Origin: a virus
IMG/VR virus record: IMGVR_UViG_3300017788_000014
Coordinates: 15,682 to 79,681 of that record
DNA: 64,000 nucleotides
Direction: 5' to 3' (one strand)
Shown piece after piece: positions 8,455-18,070 of this stretch. Under the pieces are notes generated by a model. That model was not told the DNA's origin. It worked only from the letters and a program-made list of their open reading frames with translations, and searched no databases. Every line of letters starts with the position of its first letter. The stretch's first letter is position 1. A program made the position numbers and the translations under genes.

Positions 8455-8883
8455 ATGGACGGACAAAATGCGGTCGAAGAAATCGCCCCACCGGTCAATG
8501 TAGCCGCGGCGAACGAGGGGCGGCAGCCGTATAACGTCGAATTTATGCAAAACACGGACGAATTTTGCGAGGCTATTTTACGCAAAGTTCCGGAACTGGA
8601 GGCCGTTGCGGTTGTGCCTGTCTGGGCAAATCAGCCGGAAAATGTGCCGCCCGGACTTTTACGGCTAAGCAACCCCACCATGCCGTACGCCGGCACCCTT
8701 ATTCAATTGTTGAACAGAATGGCTGTGTTTAATATGGCCGTGCACAGCGATCTGGTTAAACAAATCAAGATACTCAACGGATATGTTGTCGAACTTTCCG
8801 ACAATATCCGAGAAAAACTAGAGGAATTGAATGCGCTAAATGAAAACACCAACAACGATGACCACACCAACGCAGCAGAATAA
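8455..8883 (+). CDS. hypothetical protein
   Basis: 142 aa ORF, C-terminal coiled coil. Confidence 0.7.
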   Translation: MDGQNAVEEIAPPVNVAAANEGRQPYNVEFMQNTDEFCEAILRKVPELEAVAVVPVWANQPENVPPGLLRLSNPTMPYAGTLIQLLNRMAVFNMAVHSDLVKQIKILNGYVVELSDNIREKLEELNALNENTNNDDHTNAAE

Positions 8884-9166
8884 CATTCGAGACGTCTCGC
8901 TAAGCACAGACGTTGCGACGCTCGTCAAAACGCTAGAAGCGCAGTACGCGCACATGTCGCAGGACGAGGCGCGTCAAATTCTCGAAAAAGCGCACGACAC
9001 CGTGTGGGATAGCGAAGAACTTTTGTCGGTGTTCGAAGTTTCGCACTTCGAGCCGCCGTTGGTTCACGTTATTCGCAAAACAGACGGACAACGAGGAACT
9101 GTTGCGTTTATTGATTCCCCGCGTTTTTACTTCTCTTTCCAAGAAACAGCGCGTTCATGTACATAA
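8858..9166 (+). CDS. hypothetical protein
   Basis: ORF ending RKTDGQRGTVAFIDSPRFYF. Confidence 0.7.
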   Translation: MTTPTQQNNIRDVSLSTDVATLVKTLEAQYAHMSQDEARQILEKAHDTVWDSEELLSVFEVSHFEPPLVHVIRKTDGQRGTVAFIDSPRFYFSFQETARSCT

Positions 9167-9531
9167 GTGACGAAGCGCCAAAAAAAGAATACACCACCGG
9201 CGCCGTCCGCAGTTCCGACTGTGAAGACGCCCGTTACGACATGATTAGCCCGATTGGTCTGCGGGCGCTCGCACGAACGTACGCAGAAGGCGCAAAAAAG
9301 TTTGGCGCATTCAATTGGGAAAACGGCATGCCAGCGGCCGACATGCTCAATCACGCGCTAACGCATATCTATAACTTTCTGTCGGGAGATCGTGCAGAAG
9401 ATCATCTCGGACATGCGGCGTGGAACGTGCTCGGAGCCATTCATTCGTTAGAAAAGTGGCCGCATTTGAACGAGCAAATGCTGCGCGGGCCGAATTGTGA
9501 GCCCCCGCCAGTTGCGCGCAAAGACGGCTAA
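9157..9531 (+). CDS. dATP/dGTP diphosphohydrolase domain protein (DUF5664-like)
   Basis: RYDMISP...YAEGAKKFGAFNWENG...HALTH...EDHLGHAAWN signature. Confidence 0.8.
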   Translation: MYISDEAPKKEYTTGAVRSSDCEDARYDMISPIGLRALARTYAEGAKKFGAFNWENGMPAADMLNHALTHIYNFLSGDRAEDHLGHAAWNVLGAIHSLEKWPHLNEQMLRGPNCEPPPVARKDG

Positions 9532-9663
9532 AACAGCCGAATTCTGCAAAATTACGCCGCGCGAAAAAAAAATTTGCGCAGGCCCTTGATTTTCTTTTTG
9601 CCCAGTATATGGTGCACATAACAGGCCGCAAACAATTGCGGCACATCCACAGCGGAGATTTTA

Positions 9664-10698
9664 ATGAGTGCTGACAGAAGTAGCGGCAGAGGTGTTGATC
9701 CTGCAAATTTGTGGGGAAAACCTATTCCGCATGCAAGAACGAGTGCGAAGCCAGCCGTGCGCGAGCCGGCGCAGTACGAGTACGAGGAAACAGTCATGGA
9801 TGACGAAGATCAAGTCGACGTCGATGCAGAACTGGAAGACGCAGCGGAGCCTGACGAGTCTGAACTGCAAGAAGTCGAAGGTGAGTACGTATCTGTGGAC
9901 AACCTTTACTACGACGGTGATACAGTAAAGAAATCACGCGAAGCGCCGGAAACTGACGAAACCGAAGAACATTTGGTCGCGGAAGCAACCGACGACGAGC
10001 CTGATTACGACGCAGAAGACGGCGACGACGAAGAAAACGAATCGGAAGAAACTGACGACGATGTCGAAGATTCTTACGATGGTGATGATGACGATGCGGT
10101 AGATACTCAACCTGCTACGCCGAAAACGCAGCAGAAAACTTCACTTTTGAGAGGTAATGCAATGCCAGAAGGCAAAAAGGTTACGTTGTCGGATCACGTT
10201 CGGCGCGAAATCAACAAGCGCAAGGAATCCGGCGCGTCAGTCCGTGGTTGTGATATCGTTGCGGCGCTGGACAAGCGCGGTATTACGGTCAGTCAGGCGC
10301 AGGTCAGCCAGTTGCTCAAAAAGGCCGGCCTGACTGTCGGTCGTCCGGGTCGTCCGAGTGCCGCGCCGAGCGCCGGTCCGGGTCGTCCGGGTCGTCCGGG
10401 TCGTCCGAGTCGACAGCCGGAACCGGAGGCAATGGCGGAAAGCGACGGCCCGACTCGCGCGGCCTCCGCAACGCGGAAGCCAAACGCGGGTGGCCTCGCG
10501 CAGGCGAAGCCACAACAGCGCGCGTCTTTGACGACAAAGGCGACGCCGAAGGTGGCCGGAAGCGTGCGCGGTTTCCAGATTCCGATGGCCCAGTTGAAGG
10601 CCGCGGAGGCGTTCGTTACCGCCTGTGACGGATCGTTCGAAAAAGCGACGCAGATTTTGACCGTCGCGGAGCAACTGTCGCAGACGTTCGCTGGCTGA
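9664..10698 (+). CDS. acidic N-terminus plus basic nucleoid/DNA-binding-like protein
   Basis: D/E-rich first half; IVAALDKRGITVSQAQVSQLLKK helix region; GRP repeats. Confidence 0.7.
   Translation: MSADRSSGRGVDPANLWGKPIPHARTSAKPAVREPAQYEYEETVMDDEDQVDVDAELEDAAEPDESELQEVEGEYVSVDNLYYDGDTVKKSREAPETDETEEHLVAEATDDEPDYDAEDGDDEENESEETDDDVEDSYDGDDDDAVDTQPATPKTQQKTSLLRGNAMPEGKKVTLSDHVRREINKRKESGASVRGCDIVAALDKRGITVSQAQVSQLLKKAGLTVGRPGRPSAAPSAGPGRPGRPGRPSRQPEPEAMAESDGPTRAASATRKPNAGGLAQAKPQQRASLTTKATPKVAGSVRGFQIPMAQLKAAEAFVTACDGSFEKATQILTVAEQLSQTFAG
10381..10407 (+). repeat. 9-bp tandem repeat GGTCGTCCG x3 encoding GRP
   Basis: Seen directly; two more copies at 10339-10356. Confidence 0.9.
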
Positions 10699-10718
10699 TT
10701 GACGTCGTAGAACTGCGC

Positions 10719-10780
10719 AACGATACTGAGCCGTCCGCGTCGTGGGCTACACAGCCACGACGTGCGACGGCTCAATCGTT
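10719..10780 (+). terminator. long intergenic stem-loop
   Basis: AACGAT..TGAGCCGTC..CGTCGTGG pairs with CCACGACG..GACGGCTCA ATCGTT. Confidence 0.55.
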
Positions 10781-10800
10781 TAAACGAGAAAGGATGTGCC

Positions 10801-11040
10801 GTGACGTTTACTGCCGGTACCATCAAACGCATTCACATAAATCAGCATCAAATTCGCAAAAACAACAACACGGGTTGTCGCGCGAATGTTATTACGGTGC
10901 AGTGGAAAAACAAATCGTATCCCGTCAAAACAATCGCCATCAGGGGCGAATCTGCCGTGGTGTATTCTCCTGACAAACCATTAAAATGCGGTGCCCGCGT
11001 CTGGTTGGAAACAACTGCGGAAGTGCTCGCCACGTTGTGA
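10801..11040 (+). CDS. conserved phage hypothetical protein
   Basis: IKRIHINQHQIRKN...YSPDKPLKCGARVWLET. Confidence 0.7.
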   Translation: MTFTAGTIKRIHINQHQIRKNNNTGCRANVITVQWKNKSYPVKTIAIRGESAVVYSPDKPLKCGARVWLETTAEVLATL

Positions 11041-11336
11041 TGAAATACGCCGACGACGACTATTTAAAAAACAAAGAACGCATACTGACCGCACTCGATG
11101 AAATCAATCGCGTGCAGGCGCGGTATCACGACGTCGTCGCTATTTTAGACGTAGTCACGCTACACGATATCGCCGACTATCGCGTCGAAACAGACATCGG
11201 CATTAAAACTGTCGGCGCCGTGTGTGCGCAACAGGACATCAAGCATATTTTACAAGTCTTTGCCGACACCACATGCCTGACAAAAGAAAAGTTTGAGAGC
11301 ATTGTCGTGTCGCATTTACCAGAGGAAAACACTTAA
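11040..11336 (+). CDS. hypothetical protein
   Basis: TGATG overlap with previous stop. Confidence 0.65.
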   Translation: MKYADDDYLKNKERILTALDEINRVQARYHDVVAILDVVTLHDIADYRVETDIGIKTVGAVCAQQDIKHILQVFADTTCLTKEKFESIVVSHLPEENT

Positions 11337-11702
11337 ATGTCTCACATCGTTCAGATTAAAACAGAAGTCCGCGACATGCAGGCTATTTTTGCTGCGTGTC
11401 AGCGTCTCGGCCTCGAACAGCCGGTTTCCGGTCATCACAAGTTATTCGCCGGGCAGACCGCTGACGGTTGGGCGGTCAAGTTGCCGGGATGGCAGTTTCC
11501 CGCCGTATTTAATGTCGAAACCGGTGCAGCCGCGTACGACAACTACAACGGCAGTTGGGGTCGGCAAGAAGAGTTGGACAAGTTTCTGCAGGCGTACGCC
11601 GTCGAAAAGGCGCGTTATGAAGCCCAGAAGGGCGGCTATTCTGTGTGGGAAGAGACGATGCCGGACGGTTCGATCAAACTCAACATCACGGTGGAGGGCT
11701 GA
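11337..11702 (+). CDS. DUF1257 (Ycf35-like) protein
   Basis: MSHIVQIKTEVRD...QAYAVEKA...GY...DGSIKL pattern; context next to AAA ATPase. Confidence 0.7.
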   Translation: MSHIVQIKTEVRDMQAIFAACQRLGLEQPVSGHHKLFAGQTADGWAVKLPGWQFPAVFNVETGAAAYDNYNGSWGRQEELDKFLQAYAVEKARYEAQKGGYSVWEETMPDGSIKLNITVEG

Positions 11703-11707
11703 TATAC

Positions 11708-11899
11708 ATGTCAAAGACCATTCAGATTACAGTTTCCCCGAAGGGCGAAACCAAGATTGAAACGTCCGGATTTTCCGGCAGTTCGTGTCAGGACGCGACC
11801 CGCGAACTGGAAAAGGCGCTGGGCGTCGTTGCCGACGAGCAATTGACCGGCGAGTTTTATGCGGAAACTCAGGAACAACACAACGAGGTTCAGAACTGA
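11708..11899 (+). CDS. DUF2997 protein
   Basis: ITVSPKGETKIETSGFSGSSCQDATRELEKALG. Confidence 0.75.
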   Translation: MSKTIQITVSPKGETKIETSGFSGSSCQDATRELEKALGVVADEQLTGEFYAETQEQHNEVQN

Positions 11900-11901
11900 C
11901 C

Positions 11902-13407
11902 ATGGATTTATTTACCCGAATTCACGAACTGGTGCGTGCCGGTTTTTCTGGCATTTGGCTCGAAACCGTCGAATGTGACGACGCCATTCGCGAAATTCAA
12001 CGCGGCGCTTCTACGCAGACGCCGGCGTGGGGTTTCGACGTCTGGGATATCGACAAGCAACTGTATTCGCGCGTGACGCAGGCGCCCGGCCCGCTGCAGG
12101 CCATTCGCGCGCTGGATTTGCCGAAAGCCCACGAAACGCAGTTACTGGTGCTGAAAAACTTTCATCGGTTTCTCGGCAATCCCGAAGTTCTGCAGTCGTT
12201 GGCCAATCACGTGGCTGAGGGCAAGAGCAACGGACAGTTTATTATTATTGTTGCGCCGACCGTGGCGTTGCAGCCCGAAATCGAAAAACTGTTCACCGTC
12301 GTGCACCACGACCTGCCGAACGAAACGCAACTGCGGACGATGTGCGTTGAGTTGTGCGAGAGTAACAGCGACTTCACGCCACCCACCGAAGAACAGTTGA
12401 CCAACGCGGTTGACGCCGGCCGGGGACTTACGCGACAGGAAGCCGAGAACGCTTTTGCACTGTCGCTGGCGCGGAGCGGCACGCTTGTGCCAGATACGAT
12501 CTGGGATATCAAGGCTCAGACGCTCGAAAAGAGCGGAAACATGGCGCTGTATCGCGGCGATGCGAGTTTTGAAAATCTGGGCGGTTTGGACAATCTCAAG
12601 CAATTCTGTTTGCGTGCGATGCGCAAGCAGGGCGAAAAGCACATCGACAAGCGGCCCAAGGGCGTGCTGCTGCTCTCCCCTCCCGGCTGCGGCAAGTCCC
12701 AATTTGCAAAGGCACTGGGTAACGAAGTTGGGCGTCCGACCGTGATGCTTGACTTCGGCAGTCTGTTGGGTAAGTTCGTCGGTGAGTCCGAGGGCAATAT
12801 GCGCCGTGCACTCAAGCAGGTCGACGCAATGGCTCCGTGCGTGCTGTTCGTCGACGAGATCGAAAAGGCACTCGCCGGCGTGGGTAACTCCGGCCAGACC
12901 GACAGCGGTGTCTCTGCGCGCCTGTTCGGCACGCTCCTGACGTGGCTCAATGACCACGAAAGTGACGTATTTTTCATCGGTACCTGCAACGACGCCACGC
13001 AGTTGCCAGCGCCGTTCACCCGTGCCGAGCGTTTCGACGGCATCTTTTTCGTCGATCTGCCCGGTGACGAACAGCGGCGGCACATCTGGGACATCTACAT
13101 GCGGCATTTCGGCCTGAGCGCCGATCAGCCCAAACCAGACGACACCAACTGGACCGGTGCCGAGATCAAGTCGTGCTGCCGACTGGCGGCGCTGCTGGAA
13201 ACGTCGCTGCTGGAGGCGGCGTTAAACGTCGTACCGGTGTCGGTAACATCGGCCGAGCAGATCGAGAACCTGCGCCAGTGGGCCGAAGGCCGTTGTCTGT
13301 CGGCCGATAGCGCCGGTATCTACACCCGCGTCGGGCGGGGGGCTGTGCCGGTGAATGTCGGGGCGCGTCGAGGAAATCGAAAAGTTGCTGCGGGGGCGCC
13401 TAATTGA
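11902..13407 (+). CDS. AAA+ ATPase, Ycf46-like
   Basis: LGGLDNLK, Walker A SPPGCGKS, KFVGESE pore loop, Walker B LFVDEIEK, RAERFD arginine finger, WTGAEI. Confidence 0.9.
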   Translation: MDLFTRIHELVRAGFSGIWLETVECDDAIREIQRGASTQTPAWGFDVWDIDKQLYSRVTQAPGPLQAIRALDLPKAHETQLLVLKNFHRFLGNPEVLQSLANHVAEGKSNGQFIIIVAPTVALQPEIEKLFTVVHHDLPNETQLRTMCVELCESNSDFTPPTEEQLTNAVDAGRGLTRQEAENAFALSLARSGTLVPDTIWDIKAQTLEKSGNMALYRGDASFENLGGLDNLKQFCLRAMRKQGEKHIDKRPKGVLLLSPPGCGKSQFAKALGNEVGRPTVMLDFGSLLGKFVGESEGNMRRALKQVDAMAPCVLFVDEIEKALAGVGNSGQTDSGVSARLFGTLLTWLNDHESDVFFIGTCNDATQLPAPFTRAERFDGIFFVDLPGDEQRRHIWDIYMRHFGLSADQPKPDDTNWTGAEIKSCCRLAALLETSLLEAALNVVPVSVTSAEQIENLRQWAEGRCLSADSAGIYTRVGRGAVPVNVGARRGNRKVAAGAPN

Positions 13408-13682
13408 GCAACAAAATCCAACAGGCGCTCGAAGACGGTTTCGCGGTGCTCATGTACACGAATGAACTCGGAACCACCACTGTCGCGCTAATCGACGGCG
13501 AAGATTGGGGTGCGGTTCAGACTGAAATCAACGAGTTGCCTGACGATCAAATCGTTGACGTAGTAAAACCGTGTGATGACGAAAGTCTCGGGGAAGGCGT
13601 AGCGCGGGCCCGGCGTAAATTGAACCGGGAAGGCGAGTACGCAAACTGGGACGAACGTATGCGAGAACTGGGACTAGACTGA
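13404..13682 (+). CDS. hypothetical protein
   Basis: 92 aa ORF overlapping AAA stop. Confidence 0.6.
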   Translation: MSNKIQQALEDGFAVLMYTNELGTTTVALIDGEDWGAVQTEINELPDDQIVDVVKPCDDESLGEGVARARRKLNREGEYANWDERMRELGLD

Positions 13683-13740
13683 GAAAAAAACAATTTCAAC
13701 TGTGCAGTTGAATACTAACAAACCCTACTAGGAGTCAAAA

Positions 13741-14685
13741 ATGAGCGCTGAAACTACAGATGCGCCAGAAACGCCCGCCGTTGTTCAAGAAACTGCGAAT
13801 GACCTGCGGCAAACCATGGGCGCCGTAAAACTGTCGTTTTCATGGTTGGGCACGCAGCGCAAACTGAGCGATGCGCAGACGGCGGTTGCTGCCAGCACGT
13901 TTGAAGCCTCGACAGATTTGCTGACAGCGTCCAAACGGCTGATCGACACCAAGACGCCGGCATATCGCGAATTGACGGCAATTAAGAGTCAGGCGTCGGC
14001 GTACTGGCGCTCCATGACGTTGCCGTATCCGCAGGAAGGCGTGCGGCTTATTCGACAGTCCGACGTCGCGGCGTTCGAGGATAAGATGCGCGAATTCAAA
14101 GAGCGCCTGACGGCTGCAGCGGCGAATTTGCAATTGGAATACGAAACGCTCAAAAACTCTGCGCGTGAAAAACTTGGCTCACTCTACAATCCGGACGATT
14201 ATCCCGCGTCGCTTGAAGGCGTGTTCAGTATTTCGTGGGAATATCCGGCTGTTGAGCCGCCAAATTATCTGATGTCGTTCAATCCCGAACTGTACGCACA
14301 GGAACAGTCGCGCGTTCAGCGACGATTTGAAGCGGCGGTTGTTATGGCCGAAGATGCTTTTGCTGCCAAACTCGAAGACCTCATCAGCCACTTGTTGGAA
14401 CGGCTGACGGACGAACCGGACGGCACGAAAAAGACGTTCAAGGCGTCCGCCATCGAAAATTTCCGCGAGTTTTACGACGAATTTCAACGGATGAATATTC
14501 GTTCTAACGCGCAACTGGAACGGCTCGTCGAACGTGCGACGAACATTGTCGGCGGTGTTGATGCCGCCGAGTTACGCAAGAACAACGACGTACGTTCGAC
14601 AATCGCGAATCAGATGAACGAAGTTAAAACGGCGCTTAACAGTCTGGTGACCAACGCCCCGCGCCGGCGAATTCTCATGCACTGA
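13741..14685 (+). CDS. DUF3150-like coiled-coil protein
   Basis: ASKRLID, TLPYPQEGVRLI, LYNPDDYP motifs; AGGAG RBS; family call from memory. Confidence 0.55.
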   Translation: MSAETTDAPETPAVVQETANDLRQTMGAVKLSFSWLGTQRKLSDAQTAVAASTFEASTDLLTASKRLIDTKTPAYRELTAIKSQASAYWRSMTLPYPQEGVRLIRQSDVAAFEDKMREFKERLTAAAANLQLEYETLKNSAREKLGSLYNPDDYPASLEGVFSISWEYPAVEPPNYLMSFNPELYAQEQSRVQRRFEAAVVMAEDAFAAKLEDLISHLLERLTDEPDGTKKTFKASAIENFREFYDEFQRMNIRSNAQLERLVERATNIVGGVDAAELRKNNDVRSTIANQMNEVKTALNSLVTNAPRRRILMH

Positions 14686-14687
14686 CG

Positions 14688-15785
14688 ATGATGACTACAG
14701 CAACTCTCGACATTCCGACTCAACTCGTTTCCAATACTCCGACAGAATTTCCGACTACGCAGTCGGCTGTTGTTGAAAATACACCAATTCCGCCAAAACC
14801 GATCCGCAAAAAGCCCGCGCCAAAACATGATTTTCGAGACGGGCAGGGCCGCGTATTTGCGCACAAACACGCCCGCGGCGGCGGCTGGGTATCTGACCGA
14901 GCAAAAGTAGCCGAAAGCGTCTACATCGGCCCGAGATGCGGCGTCGGCGGAGAAGCGGTCGTCGAAGGTGATGTGCGCCTCGAAGGCCGCGCAAAAATTA
15001 GCGGCCGCGCCTGTGTGCGCGATTTTGTCGTACTCCGTAAAAACGCACAAATCTATGACCGCGCTGTTGTCGTGGGTAGCAGCATAGTAACCGACGACGC
15101 GGCTGTGTATGGCGAAGCCCGCATTGGCGGCAGATCAGAAATCAGTGGTGGCGCGCACGTACTCGGCAGCGCATTCGTTTGTGAATCGAATATCGGCGGA
15201 CAGACCGCTGTTTGGGGCGAAACCCTAATTATCAAAAGCACGCTAAGCGGTCACGGCACGCCGTTATCAAATAGTACCGCCGCCACACGTTTAAGAATTT
15301 CGGCCAGAAACAATCCGTGTTTATGCTTATTTAACTTTGGCCACGTGCAAGACTCACAAATATTCGGCTCGGGTTTTATTTACAATCGAGCCAAAATCAT
15401 AAACAGCCGAGTCAATTCCCCCAGCGGAGAATGGTTTGAAATTTTTGACAATGCGACTATTCTCCACGATTCGAGTATTACCACCAATTTCAGAATTGGC
15501 GGCAACACCGTGGCTATGCACGTATTTTTTTACAGTCCAAGTATGACCGTGTCGCCAATGACGGCGCCGATTACGTTAAATCGGTCACAGGTTTTTATTC
15601 GGCTCAGCGTCACAAACAACGACGAGTGTGCGCGGCTCACAGAAACGCCGACGACGGCAACGCAAAATCGCCCGCAGCAAGCAGCCGCGGTGCCGCCAAT
15701 TGCGCAAATTGCACCCACACCGAACAGTGCCGGGCCGGTGCAAATTCCCGGTTTTGGCGCTCGTCGCATCATTCGGGCAGACTGA
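14688..15785 (+). CDS. left-handed beta-helix (hexapeptide repeat) protein
   Basis: GGGWVSDRAKVAESVYIG followed by AxVxGx-type hexapeptide repeats. Confidence 0.75.
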   Translation: MMTTATLDIPTQLVSNTPTEFPTTQSAVVENTPIPPKPIRKKPAPKHDFRDGQGRVFAHKHARGGGWVSDRAKVAESVYIGPRCGVGGEAVVEGDVRLEGRAKISGRACVRDFVVLRKNAQIYDRAVVVGSSIVTDDAAVYGEARIGGRSEISGGAHVLGSAFVCESNIGGQTAVWGETLIIKSTLSGHGTPLSNSTAATRLRISARNNPCLCLFNFGHVQDSQIFGSGFIYNRAKIINSRVNSPSGEWFEIFDNATILHDSSITTNFRIGGNTVAMHVFFYSPSMTVSPMTAPITLNRSQVFIRLSVTNNDECARLTETPTTATQNRPQQAAAVPPIAQIAPTPNSAGPVQIPGFGARRIIRAD

Positions 15786-15792
15786 GGATTTC

Positions 15793-16062
15793 ATGCAAAT
15801 ATTCATTCGACCAAACGGCGCTGCGCAGTGCGTTTATGCGGATCAACTCCAACCAATTCTGACAACAATTGGCGCCACATCTGTACGCCGCGCCAGCCAC
15901 GTGGAACCCGACCCTCACGACAATGAAAAATGGTTCGTCAATCTCACTCCGGTCGGCGGACCTGTCGAACGCGGATTTGAAACACGCGCGGCGGCATTAG
16001 ATTTTGAGGTGCAGTGGTTGCACCAAGCAATGAGCGCCCGGCACGTCCAACACCTATACTGA
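15793..16062 (+). CDS. conserved hypothetical protein
   Basis: MQIFIRPNG...RRASHVEPD...RAAALDFEVQWL; GAGG RBS. Confidence 0.7.
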   Translation: MQIFIRPNGAAQCVYADQLQPILTTIGATSVRRASHVEPDPHDNEKWFVNLTPVGGPVERGFETRAAALDFEVQWLHQAMSARHVQHLY

Positions 16063-16069
16063 GAAAATT

Positions 16070-16594
16070 ATGGGAATTGACATTTACATTCTCGACAAAG
16101 AAAACGACGAACACGATTGGCGCGTGCACGATTGTCGCGCGTATTTGCGGGAGGCGTATCACGGCGGGCCGTACGCCACGAAGATTTTATGCCGCGAAGC
16201 GTTTGACGCAGACGACTGCGCCGCAGAAATTCCCGCGGCTATACTGCGCGAAAGACTGACACATGTGACGGAACCGGCCAACTGCTCGTTCGACCACATG
16301 GGTGCGTTGATCGCTACGATTACAAAAATTATGACGTCGAAAAATCCGCCAGAAGGCAGTTTTGGATTCTCGCTCGACGAAGAGACAATTGCAGAACACA
16401 AAGGCAAAATGGCAGACGGCACGCATCCAATGTCCGTCGAAGAAGCCGTGCGAACGCGATATGAAACCATATATCCAGACTGCACAGAAAACGACATCCA
16501 AGAGGCGATTAACAATTTTCGCGAATTCGTCGCATTTGCAGAAGCGCGTGAGCGCGAAATCGGTAAACCCTGCAAAATTTACGCCAGTTATTGA
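16070..16594 (+). CDS. hypothetical protein
   Basis: MGIDIY...YLREAYHGGPYAT. Confidence 0.7.
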   Translation: MGIDIYILDKENDEHDWRVHDCRAYLREAYHGGPYATKILCREAFDADDCAAEIPAAILRERLTHVTEPANCSFDHMGALIATITKIMTSKNPPEGSFGFSLDEETIAEHKGKMADGTHPMSVEEAVRTRYETIYPDCTENDIQEAINNFREFVAFAEAREREIGKPCKIYASY

Positions 16595-16606
16595 AAGGCA
16601 AGTTTT

Positions 16607-16972
16607 ATGTCAGAGCAAACGTTAAAGTGGACCGATGTGCCGGCGCATATTGTGTTGGCCGCGGCTGATATCTGCGACGGCCACACCATATTTGCCCCCG
16701 AGGCGTTTCTTGAAGTTGGGGTGCCGGCAGAAATGGTGGCTCGCTACACAGTCAAACACGAAAGCGATCTGAGCAACCATAAAGAAACGATCTATGACTG
16801 CAATAGCGGCGCGCCGATGGATGAAACGCACGGAGTGTATGGACTCGCGCTACTCATCGATATGGTGCGCGATTTCGATCTCGGCAATACATACTCTATG
16901 GGTCGCGGATTTTTAGCCCGCGAATGTCAGAAAAAGTTGCACGACAGTCTCGGCGCTAGTTGCGAGAAATGA
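16607..16972 (+). CDS. hypothetical protein
   Basis: 121 aa ORF in operon. Confidence 0.65.
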   Translation: MSEQTLKWTDVPAHIVLAAADICDGHTIFAPEAFLEVGVPAEMVARYTVKHESDLSNHKETIYDCNSGAPMDETHGVYGLALLIDMVRDFDLGNTYSMGRGFLARECQKKLHDSLGASCEK

Positions 16973-17376
16973 CAACCGGATTGACATGGCGTAGCGCAAA
17001 AAAACTGAAATTGTGGCGCCAATCACCGTGCAAAAATCCGATGTACACGGGGCATCTTGAACCCGGTGTTAATTTTTTTGTGCTCGCGTTAGAGCAGTAC
17101 GGCGCAACGACCCACTATAGTTGCGAAGGTCATCCGGCCGGATTTTACGTGCTATTTGAGGCCGATTACGCGCTCGCTATGCGAATTCAAACCGCAGGCT
17201 ATTTCAGTGTCGAAATTGAAGGCGAAAACCTGTGGAGTATACGCACAAACGCTGCGGACAAAAAGCGAAAAAATTATGTTTTGACTCACGCTGCCGAAGC
17301 GTGGGCAAAACATCTCGGCCCCGTACGTCGGCCCCGTACGTTGACCAAAAAACAAACACAAGGTCACACGCAATGA
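16969..17376 (+). CDS. hypothetical protein
   Basis: GATTHYSCEGH motif; ATGA overlap. Confidence 0.65.
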   Translation: MTTGLTWRSAKKLKLWRQSPCKNPMYTGHLEPGVNFFVLALEQYGATTHYSCEGHPAGFYVLFEADYALAMRIQTAGYFSVEIEGENLWSIRTNAADKKRKNYVLTHAAEAWAKHLGPVRRPRTLTKKQTQGHTQ

Positions 17377-18068
17377 CAACATGTCGAACATATCAAGAAG
17401 TAGGGACGGCACTTCGTAACCAACAAAGTTTTCGGTACGGACCGTCACAAATAGCCATTCGTTTCAACGTCGGGCAAACGATAAAAAATCCAATATTTCA
17501 CGAGCCTGAAGCGCCCACGCTGTCAACAGACTTGCCGCCGTTGCACTATCGATTAAAACTCGTCACAACTGCGCGAACGCAGATTTTGTATTCGCACTCG
17601 TACGATTGGCCGCTGTTTATTGCAGTGTATCAGGGCAGTCTGCTTATGCCGATGCGCCGCCATTTCGCAAACGACGATTTTGGATTTAACGGCTATAACC
17701 GACTGTCGCAGCGCTGTTTGTTGTCGCACGTTATTGTCAACGAAGACAGCCATCCAATTACCAGTCTCAAAGCGATTGTGCGGCGGCAATTAAACTTTGC
17801 GTTGCATCATTATCTTGTGCTGCGACATGACACGTTTGAGGTCATAAAAACAACGCACAAACTCGCACACGGATTGGCGGCATACATTCGTGATGTCGCG
17901 CGTCTGCGTTCGGAAACACAATCATTAAACGCCGGCGTCGCCATGTTTTGCGTGCAAAACGAACTGCGCAAAACAAACGCCGCAATTGAACGGCAAAAAA
18001 CCAAAACTCGCCGGCAATTTCGTAAAGTGCGCTGCAGCACTATTCACCGCATGGGAGCCATGGTCTAA
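17373..18068 (+). CDS. hypothetical protein
   Basis: ATGA overlap with previous gene. Confidence 0.6.
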   Translation: MTTCRTYQEVGTALRNQQSFRYGPSQIAIRFNVGQTIKNPIFHEPEAPTLSTDLPPLHYRLKLVTTARTQILYSHSYDWPLFIAVYQGSLLMPMRRHFANDDFGFNGYNRLSQRCLLSHVIVNEDSHPITSLKAIVRRQLNFALHHYLVLRHDTFEVIKTTHKLAHGLAAYIRDVARLRSETQSLNAGVAMFCVQNELRKTNAAIERQKTKTRRQFRKVRCSTIHRMGAMV

Positions 18069-18070
18069 CA

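Noticed and set aside
12142-13107. Long antisense ORFs (also 1410-2210, 38806-39774, 41909-42703, 62560-63201)
   Set aside because: Shadow frames opposite well-supported genes, with no recognisable motifs
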